From: a virus | Direction: 5' to 3' (one strand) | Virus record (IMG/VR): IMGVR_UViG_3300042863_000147 | Span: 25,267 to 89,266 of that record | DNA: 64,000 bases | In this document: positions 16,333 to 28,600 of the stretch, in pieces | Layout of the letters: every line of letters starts with the position of its first letter | Numbering within the stretch: the first letter of the stretch is position 1 | Notes under the pieces: generated by a model | Database searches by the model: none | What the model was told of the DNA's origin: nothing | Seen by the model: the letters and a program-made list of their open reading frames with translations, nothing else | Translations under genes and position numbers: made by a program

Positions 16333-18627
16333 ATGGCATTTGAAACAAGAAAACGATCAGTACTCCCATCTCCTGGACCATTTCTTGCGGAAGTAACTAA
16401 CCATCTAGACCCAACTTACATGGGCAGTTTAGAAGTTGCATTAATGAAAGGTATTGCTAATTCTACAAAAACTCAAGGCGAGACTTATGTAGTTCGATAC
16501 CTAAGTCCGTTTGCAGGAAATACTTCAATTCGTCACGAAGGTACGAACAGTAGTTCTTTCAACGATGTACAAAAGAGTTACGGATTTTGGGCAATTCCTC
16601 CCGATGTCGGTACAACAGTTATGGTCATTTTTATTGATGGTGATCCTAATCAGGGATACTGGATGGGATGCGTTAGCGATTCGTTTCAAAATCATATGAT
16701 ACCTGGTATCGCGGCTAGTAAGCAAGTAGCAGTAACGGAAGAACAGAGAAGAAAATACGGCACTGATTATCTGCCAGTTGCGGAGTTTCATAAGGGGTCT
16801 AAAAAATTAGACTCTCCCAACGTCGATCGATATGCAAAACCAGTACATCCATTTGCTGACAGACTAGTTCAACAAGGTCTGCTCCTCGACACAGTTCGAG
16901 GAGTCACGTCGAGCGGTGCAAGACGAGAAGTCCCTAGTCAAGTGTTTGGTATCAGTACCCCTGGACCTCTTGATGACAGTCCTGGCGCAAAGCGAGGAAA
17001 ATTGGGATACGAGGAGAATGCTCGAGCACCTGTGAGCCGATTAGGCGGTAGCACATTTGTAATGGACGACGGTGATGTAAATGGCCAGAACGAATTAGTA
17101 AGACTTCGTACTAGGACAGGTCATCAGATCCTAATGCACAACAGTCAAGATCTTATCTATATTGCTAATAGTAAAGGCACAGCTTGGATTGAGATGACAA
17201 GCAACGGCAAGATTGATATCTATGCAGCAGATAGTGTTAGTATCCACAGCGAACAAGATTTTAACTTCCGTGCAGACCGTGATATTAACTTTGAAGCAGG
17301 AAGAAACATTCATGTTCGAGCAGGAAAGAACATGGAAACAAATATTACAGGGTACAATTATCTTACTGTTGATCAAGATCAGAAAATTTTTGTACGTGGC
17401 ACACATGACGAAACTATAGGAGGAGTAACAAAAGTAAGTGTTGCTAATACCTATCATTTAAATGTGTCAAATGATATTAAACAGTCAGCAGGTGCAACTA
17501 TAAACTTTGCATCTGAAGGAAATATTAATTTAGGAACTGCCTCACAAATAAACTTAGGTGCAAATGGAAATGTATTAGTATCTGGTGCAGCAATACATCT
17601 AAACGGGCCTGCCGCGCTTGCACCTTCAGCTGCTGAAAATGCAGAACAACCACCTGATTTACCTTTGTTCAGCTTACCTGATAAGCAAGTGTCCTACGGT
17701 TGGAGTGACGGTAAATTTTATAATACCGGTACTATTAAGACAATCATGCAACGTGTGCCAACACATGAACCTTGGCCACAACATGAGAATGTTAATCCTA
17801 CAAAATTTAGCGCACAGGCTACTGATGTGACTCTTGCAAATGCTCCAGGCTCTGCTCGCACCGCTGCAGGAGTTCCGCCAAACGAAGCTGCCGGAACACA
17901 GGAACCTGCAAATCAAGAAGAAGTAGTTGCAGGTACATGTAGTCCAGAGTATGCTAAAGATGTTAATGCAAGCTCGGCAGCTCCGGGCATTGCTGCATTA
18001 AAAGCAGCTTGTGCCAAATACGGATTAACAAGTCCCTATGCCGTTGCTGCCTTGTTAGGTATTGCTGGTGGCGAATGCCGCTGGAAGTTAGTAGAAGAAG
18101 GATTTAAATATTCAGCAGACAGATTGTTGCAAGTTTTCCCTAGCGTATTCAAAGGGGATAAAGAACTTGCCAACAAGTATGCAGGCAACCCTAATAACAG
18201 CTTGCCAGAATTGCTGTACGGTTATAATACTCCTAAAGGAAAAGGTCTAGGAAATACACAACCCGGAGACGGTAGTAAGTATATTGGCCGAGGCTATATT
18301 CAATTAACTGGTCGGGGTAACTATGCCAAGTATGGGCAAATGGTTGGCAAAGACCTGTTAGGTAATCCAGATTTATTGTCAGACCCTGCTACTGCGGCAG
18401 AAGTTAGTGTTAAGTATCTTCTTGATAGATGTAAGGTTGCACAGACTGACGCGGCCTACTTTGAAGCGGCTTGCAAGTCTATCGGATTTAACACACCTGA
18501 TATTAAAGCTAAGAAAAAAGGATATTATGAATGTTTCTTAGGCCAGCTACAGGGTAAAACTGTAAGTACTGGATCGGGCGGAATTTTATCAGACAGCAGC
18601 GGTAACCCTGTAAAAACTGGTTCTTAA
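16333..18627 (+). CDS. gp5: Baseplate spike gp5-like with C-terminal GH19 lytic domain
   Basis: OB-fold (YGFWAIPPDVGTTVMV), RTRTGHQILM, beta-helix repeats, YIGRGYIQLTGRGNY. Confidence 0.85.
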   Translation: MAFETRKRSVLPSPGPFLAEVTNHLDPTYMGSLEVALMKGIANSTKTQGETYVVRYLSPFAGNTSIRHEGTNSSSFNDVQKSYGFWAIPPDVGTTVMVIFIDGDPNQGYWMGCVSDSFQNHMIPGIAASKQVAVTEEQRRKYGTDYLPVAEFHKGSKKLDSPNVDRYAKPVHPFADRLVQQGLLLDTVRGVTSSGARREVPSQVFGISTPGPLDDSPGAKRGKLGYEENARAPVSRLGGSTFVMDDGDVNGQNELVRLRTRTGHQILMHNSQDLIYIANSKGTAWIEMTSNGKIDIYAADSVSIHSEQDFNFRADRDINFEAGRNIHVRAGKNMETNITGYNYLTVDQDQKIFVRGTHDETIGGVTKVSVANTYHLNVSNDIKQSAGATINFASEGNINLGTASQINLGANGNVLVSGAAIHLNGPAALAPSAAENAEQPPDLPLFSLPDKQVSYGWSDGKFYNTGTIKTIMQRVPTHEPWPQHENVNPTKFSAQATDVTLANAPGSARTAAGVPPNEAAGTQEPANQEEVVAGTCSPEYAKDVNASSAAPGIAALKAACAKYGLTSPYAVAALLGIAGGECRWKLVEEGFKYSADRLLQVFPSVFKGDKELANKYAGNPNNSLPELLYGYNTPKGKGLGNTQPGDGSKYIGRGYIQLTGRGNYAKYGQMVGKDLLGNPDLLSDPATAAEVSVKYLLDRCKVAQTDAAYFEAACKSIGFNTPDIKAKKKGYYECFLGQLQGKTVSTGSGGILSDSSGNPVKTGS

Positions 18628-18645
18628 GCGTGTAATAAATACATC

Positions 18646-19083
18646 ATGCCATATAAGAATCTAGAAATCAATGTTTCAAATTATAATAGTCAGCACACTA
18701 ATGTACTGACTCATTATTACAGAGGATTTAGCACTGTTAATCCAGATAACACTAGTGCCAAGTTATACGATTTTGATATAATCAAACAGAACATCCTTAA
18801 TCATTTTAACACCCGCAAAGGGCAGCGAGTAATGAATCCTAACTTTGGGACTATTATCTGGGATGTCCTAATGGAACCATTGACGCCACAAATTAAATTA
18901 GCATTAACTAAAGATATTGAAGAAATTTGTAATTTTGATCCCAGAGTATATCCTACACAGATAAACATCAATGAATACGAAAGAGGATTCCTAATTGATG
19001 TAGCATTGTCTTTAAAAGACACGGATCAATCTTCAACACTTCGTTTAGCATTCGATCAAAAAGTTGGATTAGTGCTGCAATAA
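18646..19083 (+). CDS. gp25: Baseplate wedge gp25-like
   Basis: NILNHFNTRKGQRVMNPNFGT..W..L.EP, DPRV. Confidence 0.9.
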   Translation: MPYKNLEINVSNYNSQHTNVLTHYYRGFSTVNPDNTSAKLYDFDIIKQNILNHFNTRKGQRVMNPNFGTIIWDVLMEPLTPQIKLALTKDIEEICNFDPRVYPTQININEYERGFLIDVALSLKDTDQSSTLRLAFDQKVGLVLQ

Positions 19084-19129
19084 TATACGCAGTTAATTTT
19101 TTCAATAAATATGGTATAAACATAAAATT

Positions 19130-22100
19130 ATGATACCTTCAACCAATACCCAATTACTAGTCGGCGAAGACTGGAAAAAGATTTATCAATCTTTTCGAAA
19201 TGCTGACTTCAAAAGTTACGACTTTGAAACATTAAAAAGAACAATGATTGCGTACCTTCAGGAAAACTATCCTGAAGACTTTAACGATTTTATTGATAGC
19301 AGTGAATATATTGCTCTTATTGATATCATTGCGTATCTGGGACAAAATTTAAGTTTTCGTGTCGATCTTAATGCTCGTGAGAATTTTTTAGAAACTGCAC
19401 AACGTCGTGATAGCATCCTTCGATTGGCACAATTAATTAGTTACCGACCAAGACGCAACACGCCAGCAAACGGGCTTTTAAAAGTTACTGCAATATCAAC
19501 CACAGACAGTGTAATTGATTCTAATGGTGTTAATCTAGCAAATACTACCATTGCATGGAATGATTCTACGAATCCAAATTGGTATCAACAATTTATTAAT
19601 ATTATGAATTCTGCTATGAGTTCAGCATTTGGAATACCTGCTGCTAGGACTACAATTAGCGGAGTATTAACTGAGCAATACAATTTCAATAGTGTAACAG
19701 CAGATGTTCCATTGTTTAATTACAATAAAAGTATTGACGGTATTAACATGGGCTTTGAAGTAGCACCTTGTACCTTTGAAGGTAAAGATGTTATATACGA
19801 AGCGCCACCGAAGCCTGCTAGAAATTTTAGTATCGTTTATAAAAATGATAATCAAGGATCTGGAAGTGCTGAAACAGGATTCTTCACTCTGTTCAAGCAA
19901 GGCGCTATTAGCATGGTGCAATTCTCGTTAGATAATCCAGTACCTAACGAAATTGTTGGTATTAACACTCCGGAGATTAATGACACCGATGTGTGGCTAT
20001 GGCAGTTGGATAAGAACGGTAACTTTTCGACCTTATGGACAGATGTTCCTTCTGTAACTGGAAATAATAACGTTATCTACAATAGTCTGAATAAAAATTT
20101 AAGAACGATATATGCAGTTACTCCTAGAGAAGACGACCAGATTGATTTAAATTTTGCTGATGGAGTATTTGGAGATTTGCCAAAAGGTAACTTCAGATTA
20201 TTTTATAGACAAAGCAATGGAAAGAATTATGTAATTAAGCCTGAACAAATGAGTGGTATTGTAATTCAGATTCCATATACTAATTCTTCTAATCAAGAAC
20301 ACACGCTACAATTAACGTTAAGCCTACAATATACAGTTAGCAACAGTTCTGGTCCTGAAACTAACGCTAGTATTCAGCAAAAAGCACCACAAACATACTA
20401 TACACAAAATAGGATGATTACAGGTGAAGATTACAATATTGCACCGTTAAATGCTGGTGCAGACATTCTTAAAATTAAAAGCATTAACAGATCTAGTAGT
20501 GGTCTAAGTAAGTATTTTGATATTTCAGATGTTACTGGTAGTTATAGTAAAACTAACATTTTTGCAAACGACGGAATATTGTATCAGGAAGATGTTGAAG
20601 AATACTTCGAGTTTGAATTTACTAGCAGGAATCAAGTACTTGCGGTTATTAAAAATAAACTTGCACCGGTAGTTCTATCAAATTCAGTAAAGTCGTTTTA
20701 TATTGACAAATATAGCAAACCTGATCTTACATCGATGTCTCTAACATGGAACGAAGTCAATAAGACTCCCGGTCAGAGCAGGGGATATTTTTCTAGTACT
20801 TCGGGTGTTATGCCAGTTGGACCGTATTCGGAGCACAATTTACGATATGTAGCCCCCGGTGCCCTTGTTAAATTTAATCCTACTTCTGGAAAATATTTTG
20901 ACAAAAATAACAACTTAGTACCAATACAATCTTCTGGTGTTATACCAGACGGTGGAAAGGATTACCTATGGGCCATGGTATATCAGGTTATTGGAGATGG
21001 AGGAAATGGTGGTAGTGGTGCCCTTGATGATGGGACAGGACCGATTATCTTTGCTGCTACAGTACCTCAAGGTGCGGTTGCAGTTGAAGTAGTTCCTGCA
21101 TATGTACATTCATTGCCGTACTCGATTGAGAACGAGATTGCTAATCTCTGTATGAGTCAAAGAAATTTTGGTCTAACTGTATCTGCAGATTTTAGAAATT
21201 GGGATTTAATTTTAAATTCTAATTTAGATTTAACTAGCGCCTTTAGCCTCGATAACCAAGGTAACGTAGAAGATGCAGGACTTGATGCTAGTTGGGTAAT
21301 TGCGTTTATTTGGACAGGAAAGAACTATAAAGTTAGATACAGGAACTTGAATTTTATTTTTGAAAGTGAATCAGAAACAGGATTCTTTATCGATTCATCA
21401 GCAGTTAATTACGATTTTACCACGAACTCAGTTATAAAAGATAAAATTGACATTTTGGCAGTTAATGCAGAGCCAGAATCTAATAGGCAGTGGTTTGTTG
21501 GAGCAGGAGCGCCTGGTGCTATTACTACTGCTACTAACGGAGATTACTATCTTAACACTACTTCTAAGGTAGTATTTAGAAGAGTATCAAACACTTGGTT
21601 ACAAGGCAATAACTTCACAGGGAAGTTAGTAGCTGACCATTCTTGGCAAATTGACGGTCCCGTAATTGAATCAGACGGGTATGTTGAACCTAAAAAAATA
21701 AAAGTTAGTTTCTACGATTACAATAATACAGGACAAATACAAGACCCTGATTCATTCGCAACTGTTGTATATCCTAATTATATAGATCCTACTACAGGGT
21801 TTAGGAAGAATTTTGTTTATTTCAAAAGATCGGCAGACGGATTACGATATACTCTTACTACGGGTATAACACCATTGGCAACAGAAGCTGATTTTTTTGC
21901 TACTAAGTTTAGCACAGTTAGCGACGGCGACTTATTTTATTTTTACGATAAGTCCGTTAATGTTGTAAAATTTTGGGACAGTGCAAACAATCGTCTAACA
22001 TATACTGACGAATACTTTGCTAGAGTAGGAAGATCTGGTTTGAAATTTCAATATACTCATAACAGTGGAAGCAATAGAAGGATTGATCCTAGTAAATCTA

Positions 22101-22678
22101 ACTTTATTGATATCTATGTATTAACTACTGGGTATGATAATGATATTAGAAGCTGGTTATCGGGAAGTGCTACTACAGAACCGCTTGCTCCTACTAGTTT
22201 TAATTTAGAGCAAAACTATTTTAGTTACTTAGAACCTATTAAAGCAATTAGTGATGAAATTATTTTCCACCCTATAAAATATAAAATACTGTTTGGTAGC
22301 AAAGCACATACAAGTCTTCAGGCAAAATTTAAAGCAGTTAAAAACTCAAATAAGATTACAAGTGACAATGATTTAAAGACAAGAATATTAATTGCAATCA
22401 ATGAATTTTTTGCTTTACAAAATTGGGATTTTGGGCAATCTTTCTATTTTAGTGAGTTGTCAACTTATGTTATGAATCAACTAAGTCCCGACATAACTAA
22501 CTTTGTTATTACTCCTAAAAGCACTGGCAGTTTTGGCAGCTTATATGAAATAGCATGTCAGCCGAACGAAATTTTTATTAGCGGCACTGAAATTGCAGAC
22601 ATAGAAATAATTGATGCTATTACTGCATCACAGTTAAAAACAGCATCGTCAATCGTAACAACAACTAGCGGAACCTAA
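19130..22678 (+). CDS. gp6: Baseplate wedge gp6-like
   Basis: YDFETLK, ENFLETAQRRDSILRLAQLISY.P, FADGVFG.LP, TQNRMITGEDY. Confidence 0.85.
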   Translation: MIPSTNTQLLVGEDWKKIYQSFRNADFKSYDFETLKRTMIAYLQENYPEDFNDFIDSSEYIALIDIIAYLGQNLSFRVDLNARENFLETAQRRDSILRLAQLISYRPRRNTPANGLLKVTAISTTDSVIDSNGVNLANTTIAWNDSTNPNWYQQFINIMNSAMSSAFGIPAARTTISGVLTEQYNFNSVTADVPLFNYNKSIDGINMGFEVAPCTFEGKDVIYEAPPKPARNFSIVYKNDNQGSGSAETGFFTLFKQGAISMVQFSLDNPVPNEIVGINTPEINDTDVWLWQLDKNGNFSTLWTDVPSVTGNNNVIYNSLNKNLRTIYAVTPREDDQIDLNFADGVFGDLPKGNFRLFYRQSNGKNYVIKPEQMSGIVIQIPYTNSSNQEHTLQLTLSLQYTVSNSSGPETNASIQQKAPQTYYTQNRMITGEDYNIAPLNAGADILKIKSINRSSSGLSKYFDISDVTGSYSKTNIFANDGILYQEDVEEYFEFEFTSRNQVLAVIKNKLAPVVLSNSVKSFYIDKYSKPDLTSMSLTWNEVNKTPGQSRGYFSSTSGVMPVGPYSEHNLRYVAPGALVKFNPTSGKYFDKNNNLVPIQSSGVIPDGGKDYLWAMVYQVIGDGGNGGSGALDDGTGPIIFAATVPQGAVAVEVVPAYVHSLPYSIENEIANLCMSQRNFGLTVSADFRNWDLILNSNLDLTSAFSLDNQGNVEDAGLDASWVIAFIWTGKNYKVRYRNLNFIFESESETGFFIDSSAVNYDFTTNSVIKDKIDILAVNAEPESNRQWFVGAGAPGAITTATNGDYYLNTTSKVVFRRVSNTWLQGNNFTGKLVADHSWQIDGPVIESDGYVEPKKIKVSFYDYNNTGQIQDPDSFATVVYPNYIDPTTGFRKNFVYFKRSADGLRYTLTTGITPLATEADFFATKFSTVSDGDLFYFYDKSVNVVKFWDSANNRLTYTDEYFARVGRSGLKFQYTHNSGSNRRIDPSKSNFIDIYVLTTGYDNDIRSWLSGSATTEPLAPTSFNLEQNYFSYLEPIKAISDEIIFHPIKYKILFGSKAHTSLQAKFKAVKNSNKITSDNDLKTRILIAINEFFALQNWDFGQSFYFSELSTYVMNQLSPDITNFVITPKSTGSFGSLYEIACQPNEIFISGTEIADIEIIDAITASQLKTASSIVTTTSGT

Positions 22679-22679
22679 C

Positions 22680-25600
22680 ATGGCGGATATTAAAAAATCA
22701 GTTAATCTATTACCCGAGTATCTAAGAACTAGTAAGAATTCTAAATTTTTATCTAGTACAATTGATCAGCTTATTCAAACTCCGAGAGTTGAAAGAGTTG
22801 ATGGGTATGTTGGATCTAAACTAACGCCTAACTATAATCCTTCTACAGATTTTTATATTAAACAAGCGTCACTATTAAGACAAAATTATAGTTTAGAACC
22901 TGCCGCCATATTCAATGATCAAGCAGGCAACGTGACTGATGTAGTGTCGTATGACGATTTAATTAACGAGCTGTCAATTCAAGGAGCAAAGACTGACAAT
23001 TTAGATACTTTACTTAGATCAAAGTTCTATGCCTACGACCCATTAATTGACTGGGACAAAATAGTTAATTACACGGACTACTATTGGGTTCCGTTAGGAC
23101 CCGATGCTATTATTTTATTTGATGAAAATTTAGATGTCACCGATATTATAGGTAACCAGACTTACACAATGAGTAATGGTTATCCATTGTCTAATGGAAT
23201 GAAGATTGCATTTTTTGATAATACAATTCAAGCCGAATATAGGAGAAAAGAATTTATAGTAGAAGGAGTCGGTTCATCGATTAAATTACTTGATTTTTCA
23301 TTGTTGAGTTCAAATGACAGAATATCTCGAGTGTTTGATGAAGAGTTCGATTCGACTATTTTTGATAGTTACCCATTTGATAGTGATAGAAAGTTTCCTA
23401 TCACTCCAGATTACATCACTATTAATAGGTCAAGTAATGATTTAAACCCATGGTCGAAGTATAATAGATGGTTTCATAGAGATGTAATTCAAGCCACTGC
23501 AGAAATTAATAAAGTTCCAGTGATTTATCCGTTAGCGGCTAGAGCTCGACGACCTATTATTGAATTTAAGCCTAACATTCAGTTATTCAATTTTGGAAAA
23601 GTAGGCATCAGAGATGTCGATGTTATTGATGTGACTACTAAAGATGCCTTTAATGAAGTTGATGGCACGTATGGGTATTATGTTGATGGGGTGTTATTGC
23701 AAAAAGGACATCGTGTAATTTTTAATGCAGATTCTAATAACGATGTTAGAGGTCGCATATACGAAGTTAATTTTGATGTTACCGGCCCTGTTCCTGTACT
23801 AAGATTAGTCGTTCCTTCCGACAATCTTCCGTCTGAGCTAGATTCAGTGGGAGTAAATTTTGGTACAGATTATTACGGAACAAATTGGTTCTTTGACTCG
23901 TCGATAAATCAATGGAAATATGCACAACAACACAATGCAGTGAATCAGCCTCCGCTGTTTGATCTGTTCACGAATGACGGAATTAGTATTTCTAAGATCA
24001 CAGATGCTAGTAATTTTACAGGAAATCAAATTTTTGGTTATGAGGTAGGCACCGGAGTAGTTGATGAAGTTTTAGGATTTCCATTAAAATATAAAAACAA
24101 TATTAAAGTAGGAACAGGAAGTTTTCCTTTTAGAACATATTTTTTAACTGATGTTATTTCGATTATTTCTAATAATCAAAGTAGCAGTCTGTCTGCTTCT
24201 ACTACCTTTTTAAAATTAAATGATTCGTTAGTTAATATTTGGGTAGAGGCAGAAGATTATCAAATTCCTATAATTGAAGTTCAGACTATATCAGAATCTA
24301 CGTCTTCTCTAGTACTGACTTGTTTAGATAAACCTATTAACACTAATATTTCAGTTACTGCATCTGTTAATGATGTAATAGTTCCTGTGACAATCACTGC
24401 AACTCCATCTAGCGTTACAGTGAATACAGAAGATATTCTGCCAGCAGGCTCTACAATACAGTTAAAAATTGAAACAGATCAGTTGCCTAACAGCAACGGG
24501 TTTTATGAAAGTCCAGTGGGCCTTACAAAGAATCCACTAAATGAAATTATATCATCTATAACTCTTAGTGAGTTAGGTGATCATTTGTCTTCAATGACAG
24601 GAAAATTAACTGGATTTACAGGAAAGAATTTAAGGGATTTATCTAACTATACCAAATATGGATCTAGGCTAGTAGCTAACGCTAATCCTATTGTATTTTC
24701 ACAGATATTTTTAGGAAAGAAAGAACATAATGTAATTGATGCAATTAGACAAGCAGGTACGTTCTATGATCAATTTAAGATGAACTTTCTAAGATTACTT
24801 ACTACAGTGGATGATCAATTGTCCGCTGCGGATGCATTAGATGAAGTTTTAAAAACTATTAACAAAGCCAGAGATGTTAAGTCGCCGTATCAGAGATCTG
24901 ATATGTTAGGTTACGGTGATGATAAAATAGTAAGAACATTTACGGTTACGAGTAGAGGCAATGTAGAGTATCCTACTGGAATTGAATTTGATTTAACTAG
25001 ATTGAGTTTTAACTCTGTGTTAGTTTATCTAAACAGTGTGCAATTAATTGCCAATCGAGATTATACATTTGACTACATTAACGGTTCAGTTACACTACTG
25101 ACTGCATTAAACATAGATGATGTTATTTCTATTAATTATTATCCTAACACCCTAGGAACATATATACCTCCTACTCCTAGTAAATTAGGATTGTATCCAG
25201 CATATGTACCTGAGTTATTTACAGATACTTCTTATGTAACACCTTCGTTGTCTATTAGAGGACACGACGGAAGTATTATAAAGGCATACGGTGACTACCG
25301 AGATGCGATAATTCTTGAATATGAAACTAGAGTCTATAACAATATTAAAACACAGTATCGAAAAGAAGTATTCGACATCATCGGAATTCAACCTTCGGCA
25401 TTTAGAATGTCAAAGTATGATATTGATGACTTGAATAATATTCTAGTTAATGACTTTTCTAGGTGGTCTGGTATTAACAATATTGATGCATCTGCCAATA
25501 CAGTTTTTGATGAAGGAAATCCTTTTACTTGGAACTATAAAGGTAGCGTCGATAATGTATTAGATTCCGTTGTATCTGGGTACTGGAGAAGTTTGTTTAA

Positions 25601-28600
25601 GTATTTCTATGACACTGATTGTCCCAACACCAGACCTTGGGAAATGTTAGGGTATTCTATCAGACCTGAATGGTGGATCGATACTTACGGAACCGCTCCT
25701 TATGCATCTACTAATACATTATTATGGAATGATTTAAAGAATGGATATTCGAGAGGAGAAAATGCAGTATTCTCTAAATATGTGCGTCCTGACTTATTAT
25801 CAATTATTCCTGTAGATTCGACTGGTAATCTAAAGAGTCCAAACTTGTTCTTAGTGTCCCCTAACGGATACCAAGATAAAATTGCAAAATGGACATTTGG
25901 CGATCAGTCACCTGCAGAAACCGCATGGCGCAGAAGTAGTAACTGGCCTTTTGCAATTAACGCAGCCGCTGCTTTATTAGATCCTTGCGGGTACTGTTCT
26001 GCATTATATGATGTTAGTAGAACTTCTGTAAATGCACTAAATCAAATTACATATCAAACAGATGGTCTCTATTTAAATCCTAAAAATCTATTGATAGAAG
26101 GCGAGGATAATACTCAAGTTGCAGGATTCGGAACGTATCTTGTTGAAAAGGGAAAACAAAAAGATCAAAATTATGTCAATACACTACGGCAAGATTTAAC
26201 AAATCTTAAAGTAAGTCTGTTTCATAAATTAGGCGGATTTGCTAGCAAGGAAAAATTGCAAATTATTATTGATTCAATTGATCCTACATCGACTAGTCCA
26301 GGGGTTGTCTTACCACCAGAAGACTATTCATTGATTTTAAACGTAAGTAACCCTATTAAGGTTGCAAGAGTTTCTGGAATTATAGTACAAAAATCAGAAG
26401 GAAAGTTTATAATCAAAGGTTACGATGTTGCTAATCCTTATTTTGAAATACTACGTCCTTTAAAAACTGCAATTTCAGGAGTAGTTAAAGTAGGAGGTGT
26501 GTCAGAGCAATTCAGCGACTGGTCTAATGTCGTTAATAACGGCAACAAAGGTCTAAGTTCAGTAGATACAACTTCTGCCAATTCAACAACTAGTCGGTAT
26601 TATAAGCAAGGTCAGTTAGTAAGATATAACAGCCGATTTTATAGAGTTAAAGTAGGACACGAAGCACAATCAACATTTGATTCTTCGTTGTATCAGGCTC
26701 TTCCTGAATTGCCAATAGTTGGCGGTGCAGTTGCACAACTACCTGCAAGATATGAAACTGAAGTTACTAAAGTTCCCTATGGCACTGAAATGACATCAGT
26801 TCAAGAAGTGTATGATCTGATTGTTGGATACGGTGCATTTCTTGAAAAAGAAGGATTTGTGTTTGATGAATTTAGTACTGAGCTAAATGAAATATTAAAT
26901 TGGAAATTCACAGGTAAAGAATTTTTGTACTGGACAACTCAGAACTGGGCTGATAATAGTCTAATTACATTGAGCCCTTTTGCGAATTATTTAAAATATA
27001 GTTTCCCTAATTCTGTTACTGACAACATTACTTCTAGCAAATACGAATACAGTCTGTTGAAGGCTGATGGAAAACCTTATCCTATTGAACGAGTGACAAC
27101 AGATAGAGAGGATACTGTATGTACAATTAGAACAAATGATCCTAATGAAGGATTATTTTTCGCAACATTAAATTCTGTGCAAAAAGAACATGGCATGGTG
27201 TTTAATAATTTTACAATTTTTAACGACACAATTTATGACACCCCGACTGGGTATAAACAACGAAGAATTAAACTTTCTGGATTTAGAACTAAAGACTGGA
27301 ACGGTGATTTGTTTAGTCCAGGGTTTGTTTTTGACAACGTCAAAATCACTGACTGGAAGTCGTACGAAAATTATTTGCCAGGTGCAGTAGTAAGATACAA
27401 TGGAAAATATTATGAATCATTAGTAAGGATTACTGCCGATTCAACATTTGATTTTACTAAGTGGAGCCAGTTGGCCGATAAACCTGAATCACAACTTCTT
27501 CCAAACTTCGATTACAAAATAAATCAATTTGAAGATTTTTACAGTTTAGACATTGATAATTTTGATTACGGACAGCAACAACTAGCCCAACGCTTGACAG
27601 GATATACTCCTAGAACATATCTAAATAATATTTTTACAAACCCTATTAGTCAGTATAAATTTTATCAAGGACTGATCAAAGATAAGGGTACTAAGAATGC
27701 AGTTGATAAATTATCAAAGGCTAGTGAATTTACTAACAAAGGTGATATTACTTTTAAAGAAGAGTGGGCATTTAGAATAGGTCACTATGGAAGTTATGAA
27801 ACATTTAAAGAAATTGAATTTCCTTTAACAGAAGGTTCTTCTTTAGAAAATCCTTATATAGTTAAGTTTGACAACACTAGTCCTTTCGATGCTAATCCTT
27901 TAATTAACTATGTGACTCCTGCAGATCTGTTAATAACATCAACGGACTATAATCCAGCATCTACATTTTCGTCGTATCCTAGCACTTGGTTAGATAATAA
28001 CATAAAATTATCCACGGCTGGATATGTACGCCCTGATGATATAACTTCTACGGCATACAATAAAAATAGCTTATTAGACATTGCTAATAATTCCATTATA
28101 AAAAATGGAGATACCATTTGGCTCGGGTTCCAAGAAAATGGCGATTGGACAGTTTATAGGTATATTAATCAGTTAGCAAAGATTACTGGAGTATTTGTTA
28201 GTGCGCCTGGTAGTGAAATTACATTTGTATCAGACAGTCATCACGGTCTACAAATTGGAGATATTATTTCTATAGTCCGATTTAATGAACAAGTCGATGG
28301 TGTATATGTTGTTAATAATGTAACTGAATTAAATCAATTTACAGTTTCTTCGGAACTTGCAAGTATAGAAAATGCCGAACTATTAAATTACGGATCTTTA
28401 TACAAGTTTGAAAATGCCAGGTACAGTAATTTAACAGAACTGTCTCAGGTCACTGATTTATTAAAATTAAATGCAGGCGACAAAGTTTGGATTGACGAAG
28501 GCCTTGCAGGCAAGTGGCAAGTATATGAGAAAGTTAAAAATTATCTCACAACGGCCATTGAGCCTGCTAACTTTCCAATGGGTCAAAAATTTGGATACAC

